DNA of 33,771 bases from Candidatus Woesearchaeota archaeon (GTDB lineage Archaea; Nanobdellota; Nanobdellia; Pacearchaeales; GW2011-AR1): positions 1-33,771 of the forward strand of contig CAYMCA010000005.1 in assembly GCA_964388875.1 (NCBI GenBank), given 5' to 3'. Every line of letters starts with the position of its first letter. Positions within the stretch are counted from its first letter, which is position 1. Under the pieces are notes generated by a model. That model did not search any database and was not told the origin of the DNA. It was given only the letters and a program-made list of their open reading frames with translations. Positions 9,080 through 16,990 of the stretch are shown here, one piece after another. Made by a program: the position numbers and the translations under genes.

Positions 9080-9378
9080 AAAGGCTGACCTTAGTGCCAG
9101 CGCTAACCCTTAAATCCTCATTAAAATTTAAGCTATTTTCTTGGCATTCAATAAAAACAGGGGAAAGTGCAGGATAAGCAAAAAGCTAAAACAGCAGGGT
9201 AGTTAATAAGCATCAAAAATAGCCATAATCACACCAGTCCTAAAAATCAAAAGAAAACAAGGATGATTTCTCTTATTTTGCTTAAAACCTTTAAGCAAAA
9301 ATCAGAGATTTTTGCAGAAATAAAAAGCATATTTTTGGCTGCAATAATGCTTAAATATCATGGAAAATTAAGGCAGCT

Positions 9379-9573
9379 ATGGCAAAAAATCTTGGAGCTA
9401 TATTAAAACACAGGGGTTTAAAACCTATAACAGAAGAGGTTATCTCTGTCGAATCTGAAGAATCCAAGGAAGCAGTTTCAAAGTTTATTTCATACAAAGA
9501 AAACTTTGAAAAATACACTAGATTAGACAGGGTCTTTGGCCCTAGCTATTTTTTAAGTTATTCAACCAATTAA
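9379..9573 (+). CDS. Hypothetical small protein (64 aa)
   Basis: ORF with an ATG start only; I recognise no family. Confidence 0.3.
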   Translation: MAKNLGAILKHRGLKPITEEVISVESEESKEAVSKFISYKENFEKYTRLDRVFGPSYFLSYSTN

Positions 9574-9624
9574 ATACTGCTTAAATGTTTCTATCTTTGC
9601 TAGAAACTTTTTGCATGAATAAAA

Positions 9625-10038
9625 ATGCCCAAAAAGATCGTCTACACAGGCAAATCATCACAAATCTACACATTGAAAGAGTCAGAATCCTCAACCAGAT
9701 TTTTAAACCTGCAGGCATATCTGGGTTTATTGCTCACCTGCAATAAGCATGAAGATTCAGAGATTAAATTAGGTGCTTTAGACTTTTTCTTTTACAACAA
9801 CACTGCTCTAGAAATAACCTGCTCTAAAAAAATCAATAAAATTAAAGCATCTGGTACAGAAAAGCAACTTTCTGCTATTGAAAAAGGCTTGGTAAAAAAG
9901 CTCAAGCAGGCAGAAGCAAGCTACGGGGAGATGTACGGGGCACAGCCATTTCTCCAGAATGAAAAACTGCAAAAAATATTCAATGAAGCAGTTAGGGCAA
10001 GGCATGAGCAATTTCTTAGCAACGCTAAAAACATTTAA
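9625..10038 (+). CDS. Hypothetical protein (137 aa)
   Basis: ATG-started ORF followed by a hairpin/T-run at 10122-10139. I recognise no family. Confidence 0.5.
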   Translation: MPKKIVYTGKSSQIYTLKESESSTRFLNLQAYLGLLLTCNKHEDSEIKLGALDFFFYNNTALEITCSKKINKIKASGTEKQLSAIEKGLVKKLKQAEASYGEMYGAQPFLQNEKLQKIFNEAVRARHEQFLSNAKNI

Positions 10039-10121
10039 TCAACGAATAAAACAGGCAAAAAATGCTGTAAAAATCAAGAAAAAACCTAAAAACTTCGCAC
10101 AATATTTCTTATAGGAACCAT

Positions 10122-10139
10122 AAAAACCAGTGGTTTTTT
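10122..10139. terminator. Palindrome AAAAACCAGTGGTTTTTT between convergent genes
   Basis: The A-run / T-run palindrome sits between the 3' ends of 9625..10038 (+) and 10146..10487 (-). Oligo-T tracts act as archaeal terminators. Confidence 0.45.
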
Positions 10140-10145
10140 GCTGTT

Positions 10146-10487
10146 TTAAGCAGCAACTTCAGCCTTTTCCTTCTCTCTAGCATAATCCACACACTCTTTA
10201 AAATTGCCTGTGCATTTCTGAATCCAGCCCCAGTCAACACTTGCAGGATATCTAGGGTCATTTAATGTTGGAACTGATGATTCTGCCCCATATTCCATCT
10301 TTGCATACCTGTCTCTGTCAACGCAGCAATATGCAAATTCTGCGTTTTTCCCCTCAACTATCACGCCAAGGTGCGGGCATCTTTTTTCCAGAGGGGCATT
10401 TGCCAGGATAGCCCTCACTGTCTCTTTAACGCCCGGCTCTAAGACATCTGCCCAGCATTTAACATCTCCCCATGTTTTTAGCTCCAT
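10146..10487 (-). CDS. Hypothetical Cys/Trp-containing protein (113 aa)
   Basis: The track start 10493 is TTG, so I use ATG 10487 (MELKTWGD...). I recognise no family. Confidence 0.55.
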   Translation of the reverse strand: MELKTWGDVKCWADVLEPGVKETVRAILANAPLEKRCPHLGVIVEGKNAEFAYCCVDRDRYAKMEYGAESSVPTLNDPRYPASVDWGWIQKCTGNFKECVDYAREKEKAEVAA

Positions 10488-10608
10488 AATCAATTCTATC
10501 CTTTTCTTGTATTTAAAGATTTATGCAAAATACTATATCTTTTGCCAATAGTATGATTTGATTAGGCTGCTAGCTAATTAGTTCAATTCAAAACTCAAAA
10601 ACAAAGAA

Positions 10609-10785
10609 CTATTTTTCCGGCATCAATAGCTTAACCAGCCCGCAGAGCGCAACAATAATGCCCACAAAAACAGGCCAGTTTACAATGCTCCACATTGCAT
10701 TTGCCAGGATAAGCAGCCCGATAATCAGCGCAATTGCGCCATGCTCTTTTTTGTGCTCGCAGCAATATTCTTTTTCCTTTGCCAT
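10609..10785 (-). CDS. Small (58 aa) membrane protein with a CCEHKKEH N-terminal stretch
   Basis: AAAGGAGGTAAA precedes the ATG at 10785 (MAKEKEYCCEHKKEHGAIALIIGLLILANAMW...). Two hydrophobic segments are visible. Confidence 0.65.
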   Translation of the reverse strand: MAKEKEYCCEHKKEHGAIALIIGLLILANAMWSIVNWPVFVGIIVALCGLVKLLMPEK

Positions 10786-10805
10786 TTTACCTCCTTTTAC
10801 AGACA

Positions 10806-10897
10806 TCAAAAATGCTCTTTGTGTTCCCCACTTATTTTAACTTGTAGAAAACAAAGGCATTTTTGAATGTGCTCAAGATTTTGCAAAATCTTGACAT
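10806..10897. repeat. Hairpin module C, copy 1
   Basis: Inverted repeat TCAAAAATGC (10806-15) / GCATTTTTGA (10857-66). It is followed by ATGTGCTCAAGA, and that AAGA starts the palindrome CAAGATTTTG/CAAAATCTTG (10874-93), which runs on into ACAT. The same module occurs at 14514-14599 with a different but still self-complementary stem. Confidence 0.6.
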
Positions 10898-11008
10898 GCC
10901 ATCGCATCTGCTTATACAAGCAGAACAGAGTTTTTAAGGGTTTTCATAGTGAATTTAAAAGTAATTCAAGAAACTAAAGTTTAATAAACCACTCTCCTAT
11001 ATTGCCTT

Positions 11009-11743
11009 ATGCGGAAGAGCATAAAAGAGGCGAGAAGGATATTTGCTCCTGCTGTTGCAGGCGCAGAGAGGCACTCAAAGGCAGGCGCATTATTCAGCGA
11101 ATTTATTCTCGGCGGGCAGGACGGATTAGTGAATGTTTTGGGCATAATTCTTGGCATGGCAATAGCCACAAGAGATGTGAGGATTGTTATTATTGCAGGC
11201 CTGGCAGCGACATTTGCAGAGTCATTCTCAATGGCAGCAGTTGCTTACACCTCTGCAAAGGCAGGAGAGGATTATTACAAAAGCCAGCAGGAAAAAGAGC
11301 TTTATGAAATAAAAACAGTTCCTAAAATAGAGAAAAAAGAGATATATGACATCTACTACAAGAAAGGATTTAGGGGCAGGCTTCTTAACAGCATAGTAAA
11401 TCACATAGTCTCAAATAAAAAAATCTGGCTCAGCATAATGATGAAAGAAGAGCTCGGGCTTTCCAATGAGTTTCTTAATCCTGTTAAAAGCGCATTTGTT
11501 GTAGGAGCAGCAGCAATCATCGGTTCTTTAATTCCCCTGCTTGCATTTTTCTTCATGCCACTATCGCAGGCAATTATAGGAAGCCTGATTATTTCAGCCG
11601 TTGCTCTTTTCATCACAGGCGCGCTAGAGGCAAAGGTGAATATTGGAAACTGGATTAAAAAAGGCTTCCAGCTGACAGTCATAGGCATGGCAGCCGCCCT
11701 TATCGGATTTATAATCGGCAAGCTTCTTGGGGTTAGCGTGTAA
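11009..11743 (+). CDS. VIT1/CCC1-family iron/manganese transporter
   Basis: The family hallmark FILGGQDGLVNVLGIILGMA is present. A central soluble helical region and C-terminal TM helices follow. Confidence 0.85.
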   Translation: MRKSIKEARRIFAPAVAGAERHSKAGALFSEFILGGQDGLVNVLGIILGMAIATRDVRIVIIAGLAATFAESFSMAAVAYTSAKAGEDYYKSQQEKELYEIKTVPKIEKKEIYDIYYKKGFRGRLLNSIVNHIVSNKKIWLSIMMKEELGLSNEFLNPVKSAFVVGAAAIIGSLIPLLAFFFMPLSQAIIGSLIISAVALFITGALEAKVNIGNWIKKGFQLTVIGMAAALIGFIIGKLLGVSV

Positions 11744-11765
11744 ACCCTATTTCTTTGATTTTTTA

Positions 11766-12041
11766 CTATCTCTTTTTATTTCCCTTGTCCACCCAGTTCC
11801 ATACAGCTCCTAAAATCCATCCGCAGATATATCCCCCTATAAATGCAAGGATTACAAGAAGCACAGCAGCCATTAGGCTGAAATTTGCAACCTGGAAGAC
11901 ATTTCCTATAAAATGCATTGGAAAAATCCAGTTAAGATATGTTTGCGCAATTCCCACACCCACTAAAATTGCCCATACAGCATGCAGGATTGCTGCAAAG
12001 ATTCCTACTGTCAATCCAAGCCTGTTTTTGTTTATTGACAT
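11766..12041 (-). CDS. Small (91 aa) multi-TM membrane protein
   Basis: GAAAGGAGGTATAAAACAA precedes the ATG at 12041 (MSINKNRLGLTVGIFAAILHAVW...). The upstream extension in the track to 12152 lacks this SD support. Confidence 0.65.
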   Translation of the reverse strand: MSINKNRLGLTVGIFAAILHAVWAILVGVGIAQTYLNWIFPMHFIGNVFQVANFSLMAAVLLVILAFIGGYICGWILGAVWNWVDKGNKKR

Positions 12042-12262
12042 TTGTTTTATACCTCCTTTCACTAAGTTAATAAAACATCTATAGTAAAAGACAAAATAAA
12101 TTGAGCAAGATTTTTGTCTTTTCCTATCTACTAAATGACTAAAAATGCTCAAATATTAAAGTCCTTTAGTATAATTATAAAAGCAAGCAGAGTTTTTAAG
12201 GGTTTTTTTGATTAAATCTTGCAGGGCAAATCCAATGATAAGCAGCAGGTTTCAAATATCTT

Positions 12263-12667
12263 TTAAATATTTTTCAATATATCCATGGCTTTTTTGCCAT
12301 TCTGCTTGAATACGGGAAAGGATATTTCATAACAAATCTGCATTATCCTCTCAAGCCCTTTAGGCGCTTCTCTCAGGTCAATTCCCGTCTTCTGTTCAAA
12401 CTCGTGGGCAATCTGCGCATTTGTTTCATTTGATTCAGAAGTAACTGTTAGAATTACATTATACCCTGGATGGGTTAATAGCCCATCAGCCTGCCTAGAG
12501 GCTATCAATAGATATTCAGGATTTTCAGAGTATAATCCATACTTTTTGACATCCTTTGCCCCGACATTAATTATGGTGAGCTCTTTACTATAATTTCTTA
12601 CAACAGAGCCCAGCTCGTCTTCAGATATTCCCACTTTCGTCAGTGTCTGAGCAGTGCTTTCTTTCAT
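12263..12667 (-). CDS. Hypothetical protein (134 aa), third gene of an orphan operon
   Basis: ATG 12667 lies 1 nt after the stop of the upstream gene (12669-71). I recognise no family. Confidence 0.6.
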   Translation of the reverse strand: MKESTAQTLTKVGISEDELGSVVRNYSKELTIINVGAKDVKKYGLYSENPEYLLIASRQADGLLTHPGYNVILTVTSESNETNAQIAHEFEQKTGIDLREAPKGLERIMQICYEISFPVFKQNGKKAMDILKNI

Positions 12668-12668
12668 C

Positions 12669-13619
12669 TTAATATCTCCTGCTATGGATAAACCCCCCTA
12701 TCTTGCTCAGGGTATTTGGGTACTCTGGAAAAAAATCAACAACAATGTTTTTTCCAACAGGGAAAATATCATCGGCAAAGGCAACCTGCCCCAGCATTCG
12801 CGTCTGGCAAAGCGCATCAACTGCGCAATATTCCTCCCTGATGCGGTGGTCTGTCCAGATATAGCGTATTTTTTCCGCAACCACATGAAATGCCCACTCA
12901 TTCTTGTCCTTGAGCGCAATCTGCTCATTAGAATACTGGGCAATAATCTTATTTAACCTGCCGATTCTCTCTTCTTTATCCGGCCCGACAGGCTTCATGC
13001 ATTTAACATAATCCTCCTTCCACTCGCCTCTCAGCTGCCTGAATAATACATTAGACAGCTGGCTGCAAAATGCCTGTTCAAAATATGTCCTGTCCCATGG
13101 CTTTTCTATAACCTCAAGTGGATTGCCAGAGCTTGTTAAAAACTCTAAATAATTCTCATCTTTTGGGGAAAATTTTTTAGGAACCCTGATTAAAAAGTTC
13201 TTTGGCATAACAAGCCTTGCATGAACAGGAAAAAATCCCATTGTTGGCGGTGATTTTGACTCTGCCCCATATCCAAACAAAGCATTTTCTTTTCTTTCCA
13301 GCTCATTTATTCTTTGCAAAAAATATCCTGTGTCAACAATCTCAAAATCAAAGTCCTTCCTGTACTTCTCTCCCCATGCATATTCAAGAAAGGGCACAAT
13401 ATCTGCAAGGGTTTTGCGCAAAAATTCCCGGTTAAGCTCAATTGGATTTTCCGGATTCTGCCAGTTTTCTCCTTGCTTAATTAGTATATCCAATGCCTCT
13501 TTGTCAGTTGGAAGGGCGGCGCCCCAGTCTATGTTTATATTATTATTTCTCTTTTTTAATAATTCCCTGTCAAATTTCCATAAATCCTCAATTGACTTAA
13601 TTGTTTCATGTACTATCAT
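12669..13619 (-). CDS. Hypothetical protein (316 aa), second gene of an orphan operon
   Basis: The track start 13625 is TTG. ATG 13619 lies 2 nt after the upstream stop (13622-24). I recognise no family. Confidence 0.65.
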   Translation of the reverse strand: MIVHETIKSIEDLWKFDRELLKKRNNNINIDWGAALPTDKEALDILIKQGENWQNPENPIELNREFLRKTLADIVPFLEYAWGEKYRKDFDFEIVDTGYFLQRINELERKENALFGYGAESKSPPTMGFFPVHARLVMPKNFLIRVPKKFSPKDENYLEFLTSSGNPLEVIEKPWDRTYFEQAFCSQLSNVLFRQLRGEWKEDYVKCMKPVGPDKEERIGRLNKIIAQYSNEQIALKDKNEWAFHVVAEKIRYIWTDHRIREEYCAVDALCQTRMLGQVAFADDIFPVGKNIVVDFFPEYPNTLSKIGGFIHSRRY

Positions 13620-13621
13620 TT

Positions 13622-14440
13622 TCAAGCCCGATTATCTTTCTTAGCAATTTTATCCCTGATTTTTGCAGCAGCCATATATTCCTCGCTGTTTATTGCCTCT
13701 ATCTTGTCGAGGTAATCATTAATCAAATCAAGATTTTTATTTTTGGCATCCATTAGCTCTGAAACCTTAAGCGCATCTGTAACAAAAGGTGAGCCCTCGC
13801 AAAAACTGAAAAAATTAAGCCTGACATCTCCTGCATTTTTTTCACTGCCATATCTTTTATAGTCCAGGATTGGTGTTACAAAATTATTCAGGATATAGCT
13901 CTTTAGTGAGCCCTTTTCTATATTCTTGTAATTAAATTGCGCTTTACTCACCTCCCCGCCTTTTTCCGGCGCATCCTGCCGAGCGTTCCCCATATTGTGC
14001 TTTTTTCTAAGGCAATCCTCAAATTTCAGGAAATAGAATTCAATCCCTTTTTTTGCTGCATCTATACAGCTCATTAAATTGTAGTAGCTTCCCGTATCAA
14101 TCACATCTTCCTTGCATGTGCATAAATCAGCATCATTTTCAATGAGCACCGGTGTTGCATATATGCTTACTAACTTTATTTCCACACCTTTTTCTTTAAG
14201 TTTTTCATTGAAACTTTTGGAAATTTCTGAAATCGCCTCTTTTGCGCGTTCGTCAAAGCCTTTTGCCTCTTCAGGGGGTATTCCTGCCTTTTCAAAAAGG
14301 TCCAGCGGATTTGTACAGCCGTACAATGCTATAATCTTTGGGAAATCTGCCAGCTCACTGGCTGCCTCGTCATCCAGCCTGGATAAGGCTGTTACCTTTC
14401 CTTCGAGATTTTTTATATCTCCTTTAACAATCTTTATCAT
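13622..14440 (-). CDS. Hypothetical protein (272 aa) with a UVR-like C-terminal motif
   Basis: ATG start. The C-terminus EEYMAAAKIRDKIAKK resembles the UvrB/UvrC 'UVR' helical hairpin motif (E-x-Y/F-E-x-A-A-x-x-R-D-x-I). The rest is unrecognised. Confidence 0.65.
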   Translation of the reverse strand: MIKIVKGDIKNLEGKVTALSRLDDEAASELADFPKIIALYGCTNPLDLFEKAGIPPEEAKGFDERAKEAISEISKSFNEKLKEKGVEIKLVSIYATPVLIENDADLCTCKEDVIDTGSYYNLMSCIDAAKKGIEFYFLKFEDCLRKKHNMGNARQDAPEKGGEVSKAQFNYKNIEKGSLKSYILNNFVTPILDYKRYGSEKNAGDVRLNFFSFCEGSPFVTDALKVSELMDAKNKNLDLINDYLDKIEAINSEEYMAAAKIRDKIAKKDNRA

Positions 14441-14485
14441 CCTAAATATTTTATCAGAACTCTTTTTACCGCTGGGCTGTTATGT

Positions 14486-14748
14486 CCGAAATTAAAACCA
14501 CATTCTTTAGACTTCAAAAATGCTCATTGAATTTTGGCATTTTTGATAGTGCTCAAGAACCCGAGCATGCTATATGTTTTAGCGCAGGGTTCTTGACAAT
14601 GGGGTCGTAGCTTACTGCTTTTAATTTCGGAGCATCCTAAAAACAAGTGCCCTTGCAAACCATACCTTTTAAGGCTTCAAAGTTCCTTGAACTTTGATAG
14701 TCATCAAAAATCATAGATTTTTGAGATGTGGTGGCACATTGTTTTTTT
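14486..14748. repeat. Modular hairpin element family A, copy 1 (contains module C copy 2)
   Basis: H1: CCGAAATTAAAA (14486-97) / TTTTAATTTCGG (14619-30). The linker is AGCATCCT. H2: AAAAACAAGTGCC (14639-51) / GGCACATTGTTTTT (14733-46). Inner hairpins lie at 14678-96 and 14704-24. The same plan occurs at 26396-26518. Confidence 0.7.
14514..14599. repeat. Hairpin module C, copy 2 (nested in the H1 loop of A1)
   Basis: Inverted repeat TCAAAAATGC (14514-23) / GCATTTTTGA (14537-46). It is followed by TAGTGCTCAAGA, with stem AAGAACCC (14555-62) / GGGTTCTT (14587-94), then GACAAT. Confidence 0.6.
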
Positions 14749-14781
14749 GATACCTACCTATAAAATCCCATATTTAAAAAC

Positions 14782-15264
14782 TTAACTAAAGGCAAGATAA
14801 TTCAGCACAGCAGCAAAGCTCACCCACAAAAAGTAAGGCACAAGAAGATAGGCAGACACTCTTGATATCTTCCATGTTGCCGCAATCATAAAAATAATGG
14901 AAAGCCAGAGAAGAATTATGTCAACAAATCCTGCAAGAGGGCTCTTCATTCCAAAAAACAAGGCGCTCCATAAAACATTTAAGATAAGATTGGCTGCAAA
15001 AACCCATACAACTTTTTTTCTGTCTGATTTATTTCTTGAATTTGTCCATGCAAAATACAGTGAAAGTGCAATCAAAAAGAATAATATGTTCCACACAATC
15101 GGAAACACATAGCTTGGCGGCGTTATGCCTGGCTTTATCTGCTGATACCATTCTGATTTTACACTGCTGGTTGTGAACAAGCTGCCTGCAAGCGCGGCAA
15201 GATAAACAATAATCAGGCTTAGAACAAACACCTTCCAATTTATGCCCTTTTTTGTTTTTTTCAC
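14782..15264 (-). CDS. tspO: TspO/MBR family tryptophan-rich sensory protein
   Basis: 160 aa with five TM segments. WYQQIKPGITPPSYVFPIVWNILFFLIALSLY and the Trp-rich helices are typical of TspO. The first codon is GTG, and the N-terminal region has no in-frame ATG (the first comes about 100 codons in). Confidence 0.85.
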   Translation of the reverse strand: MKKTKKGINWKVFVLSLIIVYLAALAGSLFTTSSVKSEWYQQIKPGITPPSYVFPIVWNILFFLIALSLYFAWTNSRNKSDRKKVVWVFAANLILNVLWSALFFGMKSPLAGFVDIILLWLSIIFMIAATWKISRVSAYLLVPYFLWVSFAAVLNYLAFS

Positions 15265-15399
15265 TTTCTAAACTCCTTTTTAAATATTAAAACTTCAGAA
15301 TTCCACTCATTTTTAAAGAGAGGTTTGGTCTCGTGGAATTCTGAGAGTGATCAAAAACTACGGGTTTTTGACAATAAAAAAACAACAAAACTTTCTAAT

Positions 15400-15606
15400 T
15401 TACTTTTTGAAAATATAGTAAATTGTATACAAAGCAGCCAATCCTAATAACACATATATAATACTTGCTATACCCCCTTCTCCAAATATTAAACTCACTA
15501 AGTTAAACGCATAAGGACATTGTGAATCAAATGCAACAAGTCCCCAGTTCAAGCCTCCAATGATTACAAGGATTAGTGCTATCCAGTCTAAAACACTTTT
15601 TGCCAT
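15400..15606 (-). CDS. DUF378-family small membrane protein
   Basis: LDWIALILVIIGGLNWGLVAF...NLVSLIFGEG...IIYVLLGLAALY matches the DUF378 pattern. AAAAGGAGGTGAAA precedes the ATG at 15606, and the track start 15612 is the GTG inside that SD. Confidence 0.75.
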   Translation of the reverse strand: MAKSVLDWIALILVIIGGLNWGLVAFDSQCPYAFNLVSLIFGEGGIASIIYVLLGLAALYTIYYIFKK

Positions 15607-15712
15607 TTTCACCTCCTTTTCTTACTTTTATAAAGAAGCACTGATTTAAAAATCTTCGCAAGATATTTAAACAAGAGTTCGCACAATCTTTCTATAAGAT
15701 TGTGCTTAAAAA

Positions 15713-16369
15713 ATGAAAAAAGAGGAAAAAGAAAATTCAGGTATAAAAGCAGTTATATTTGATGTTGGGGGAGTATTGGCTTTAGGCAAGAAATCATTCT
15801 TTTTAAAAAATCACAGTAGCAAAGGCGTTCAGGAATACATGGCTAAGAGACTAAGGATTTCCATAGATACATGGTTTGATTCAATTGACACAATTTATGC
15901 AGAGGCTATTGAAGGAAAGGCTTCCAAAGAAAAGGCATTAGAGGTTATGTCAAAGAATAACAAAATCTCCGGCAAGAAATTAGAGGGGCTTTTTGCCAGG
16001 GCTTACAGGAAAAATTTCAGGCAAAACAAAAGATTATACAATCTTGCCTTTAGGCTGAAGGAAAAAGGATACAAGATAGCCATACTTTCAGACCAGTGGC
16101 AGGTTTCAAAAGAGGCTTTGATGCCTGAAAAATACACCTCAAGATTTGATGCTGTTGTTGTCTCGTGCGATGTCGGGTTGAGAAAGCCAAACCCAAAAAT
16201 TTACAGGCTCCTTTTCAAAAAACTAAAAACACATTATAAAAACTCTGTTTTTATTGACAACCGGGACTGGAATTTAAAGCCCGCAAAAAAACTCGGCATA
16301 AAGATAATTCTTTTCAAAAACAATAGGCAGTTAATCAAGGACTTTTTAAAGTTGGGGGTGAAGATATGA
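15713..16369 (+). CDS. HAD-superfamily hydrolase (subfamily IA-like)
   Basis: Motif I is VIFDVGGVL (DxG variant of DxD). ILSDQ and VFIDNRDWNLKPAKKLG supply the later motifs. Confidence 0.8.
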   Translation: MKKEEKENSGIKAVIFDVGGVLALGKKSFFLKNHSSKGVQEYMAKRLRISIDTWFDSIDTIYAEAIEGKASKEKALEVMSKNNKISGKKLEGLFARAYRKNFRQNKRLYNLAFRLKEKGYKIAILSDQWQVSKEALMPEKYTSRFDAVVVSCDVGLRKPNPKIYRLLFKKLKTHYKNSVFIDNRDWNLKPAKKLGIKIILFKNNRQLIKDFLKLGVKI

Positions 16370-16989
16370 AAAAAGAGGAGAAAACCATCAAGGCAATAAT
16401 ATTTGATTTAGGAAGTGTTTGCCTTCATATAGACTGGTTCAAAATAAATGAAGAGGTAATGAAGAGATTTGGTGTTAGCACATTAGTAAAGTCTTCTGGC
16501 AACCAAAATTTAATAAAAACTTATAATGAAGCTTTAGAAGGAAAGAAAGAGACAAGCAAATTTTTTAAAGAGTTAAATAATTACAAAGATAATACAAGTA
16601 AGTTAATAACTTTTTATAAATTCTTATATTCAAAATATAAGAAGCAAAATAAAGAGATTTTTAATTTAATCAAAAATTTAAGAAGAAGCCTAAAGATTTT
16701 TTGCCTTACAGATACAAACACACTTCATCTAGAAACACACAAAGAGCAGGGTATTACAGATAAATTTGATGAAGTTTTTACATCTTTTGAATTAGGGAGC
16801 AGAAAAGAAGACAGAAACACATTTATTAAAGTCTTGAATAAAACACAATTTAAGCCACAAGAAATAATATTTATTGATGATAATGAAAGAAACATTGAGA
16901 ATGCTAAATCCTTGGGAATTAATGCTATAAAATATGAAAGTTATGAAAAGCTTATCAAAGACCTAAACAAATTAGGGGTGAAAATTTAA
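16366..16989 (+). CDS. HAD-superfamily hydrolase, tandem paralog
   Basis: IIFDLGSV, CLTDT and IFIDDNERNIENAKSLG are present. It overlaps the upstream paralog in ATGA. Both proteins start MKKEEK and end LGVKI. Confidence 0.75.
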   Translation: MKKEEKTIKAIIFDLGSVCLHIDWFKINEEVMKRFGVSTLVKSSGNQNLIKTYNEALEGKKETSKFFKELNNYKDNTSKLITFYKFLYSKYKKQNKEIFNLIKNLRRSLKIFCLTDTNTLHLETHKEQGITDKFDEVFTSFELGSRKEDRNTFIKVLNKTQFKPQEIIFIDDNERNIENAKSLGINAIKYESYEKLIKDLNKLGVKI

Positions 16990-16990
16990 A

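Noticed and set aside
10810-11008. Metal (yybP-ykoY type) riboswitch upstream of the VIT1/CCC1 transporter
   Set aside because: I could not recognise the conserved four-way-junction sequence features. The hairpins present belong to repeat module C, which also occurs away from transporter genes.
14601-14640. tRNA-like 5' end GGGGTCGTAGCTTA, as a possible tRNA, split-tRNA half or att remnant
   Set aside because: No D-stem complement, anticodon arm or T arm follows. The similarity is limited to about 12 nt and lies inside the A1 repeat.
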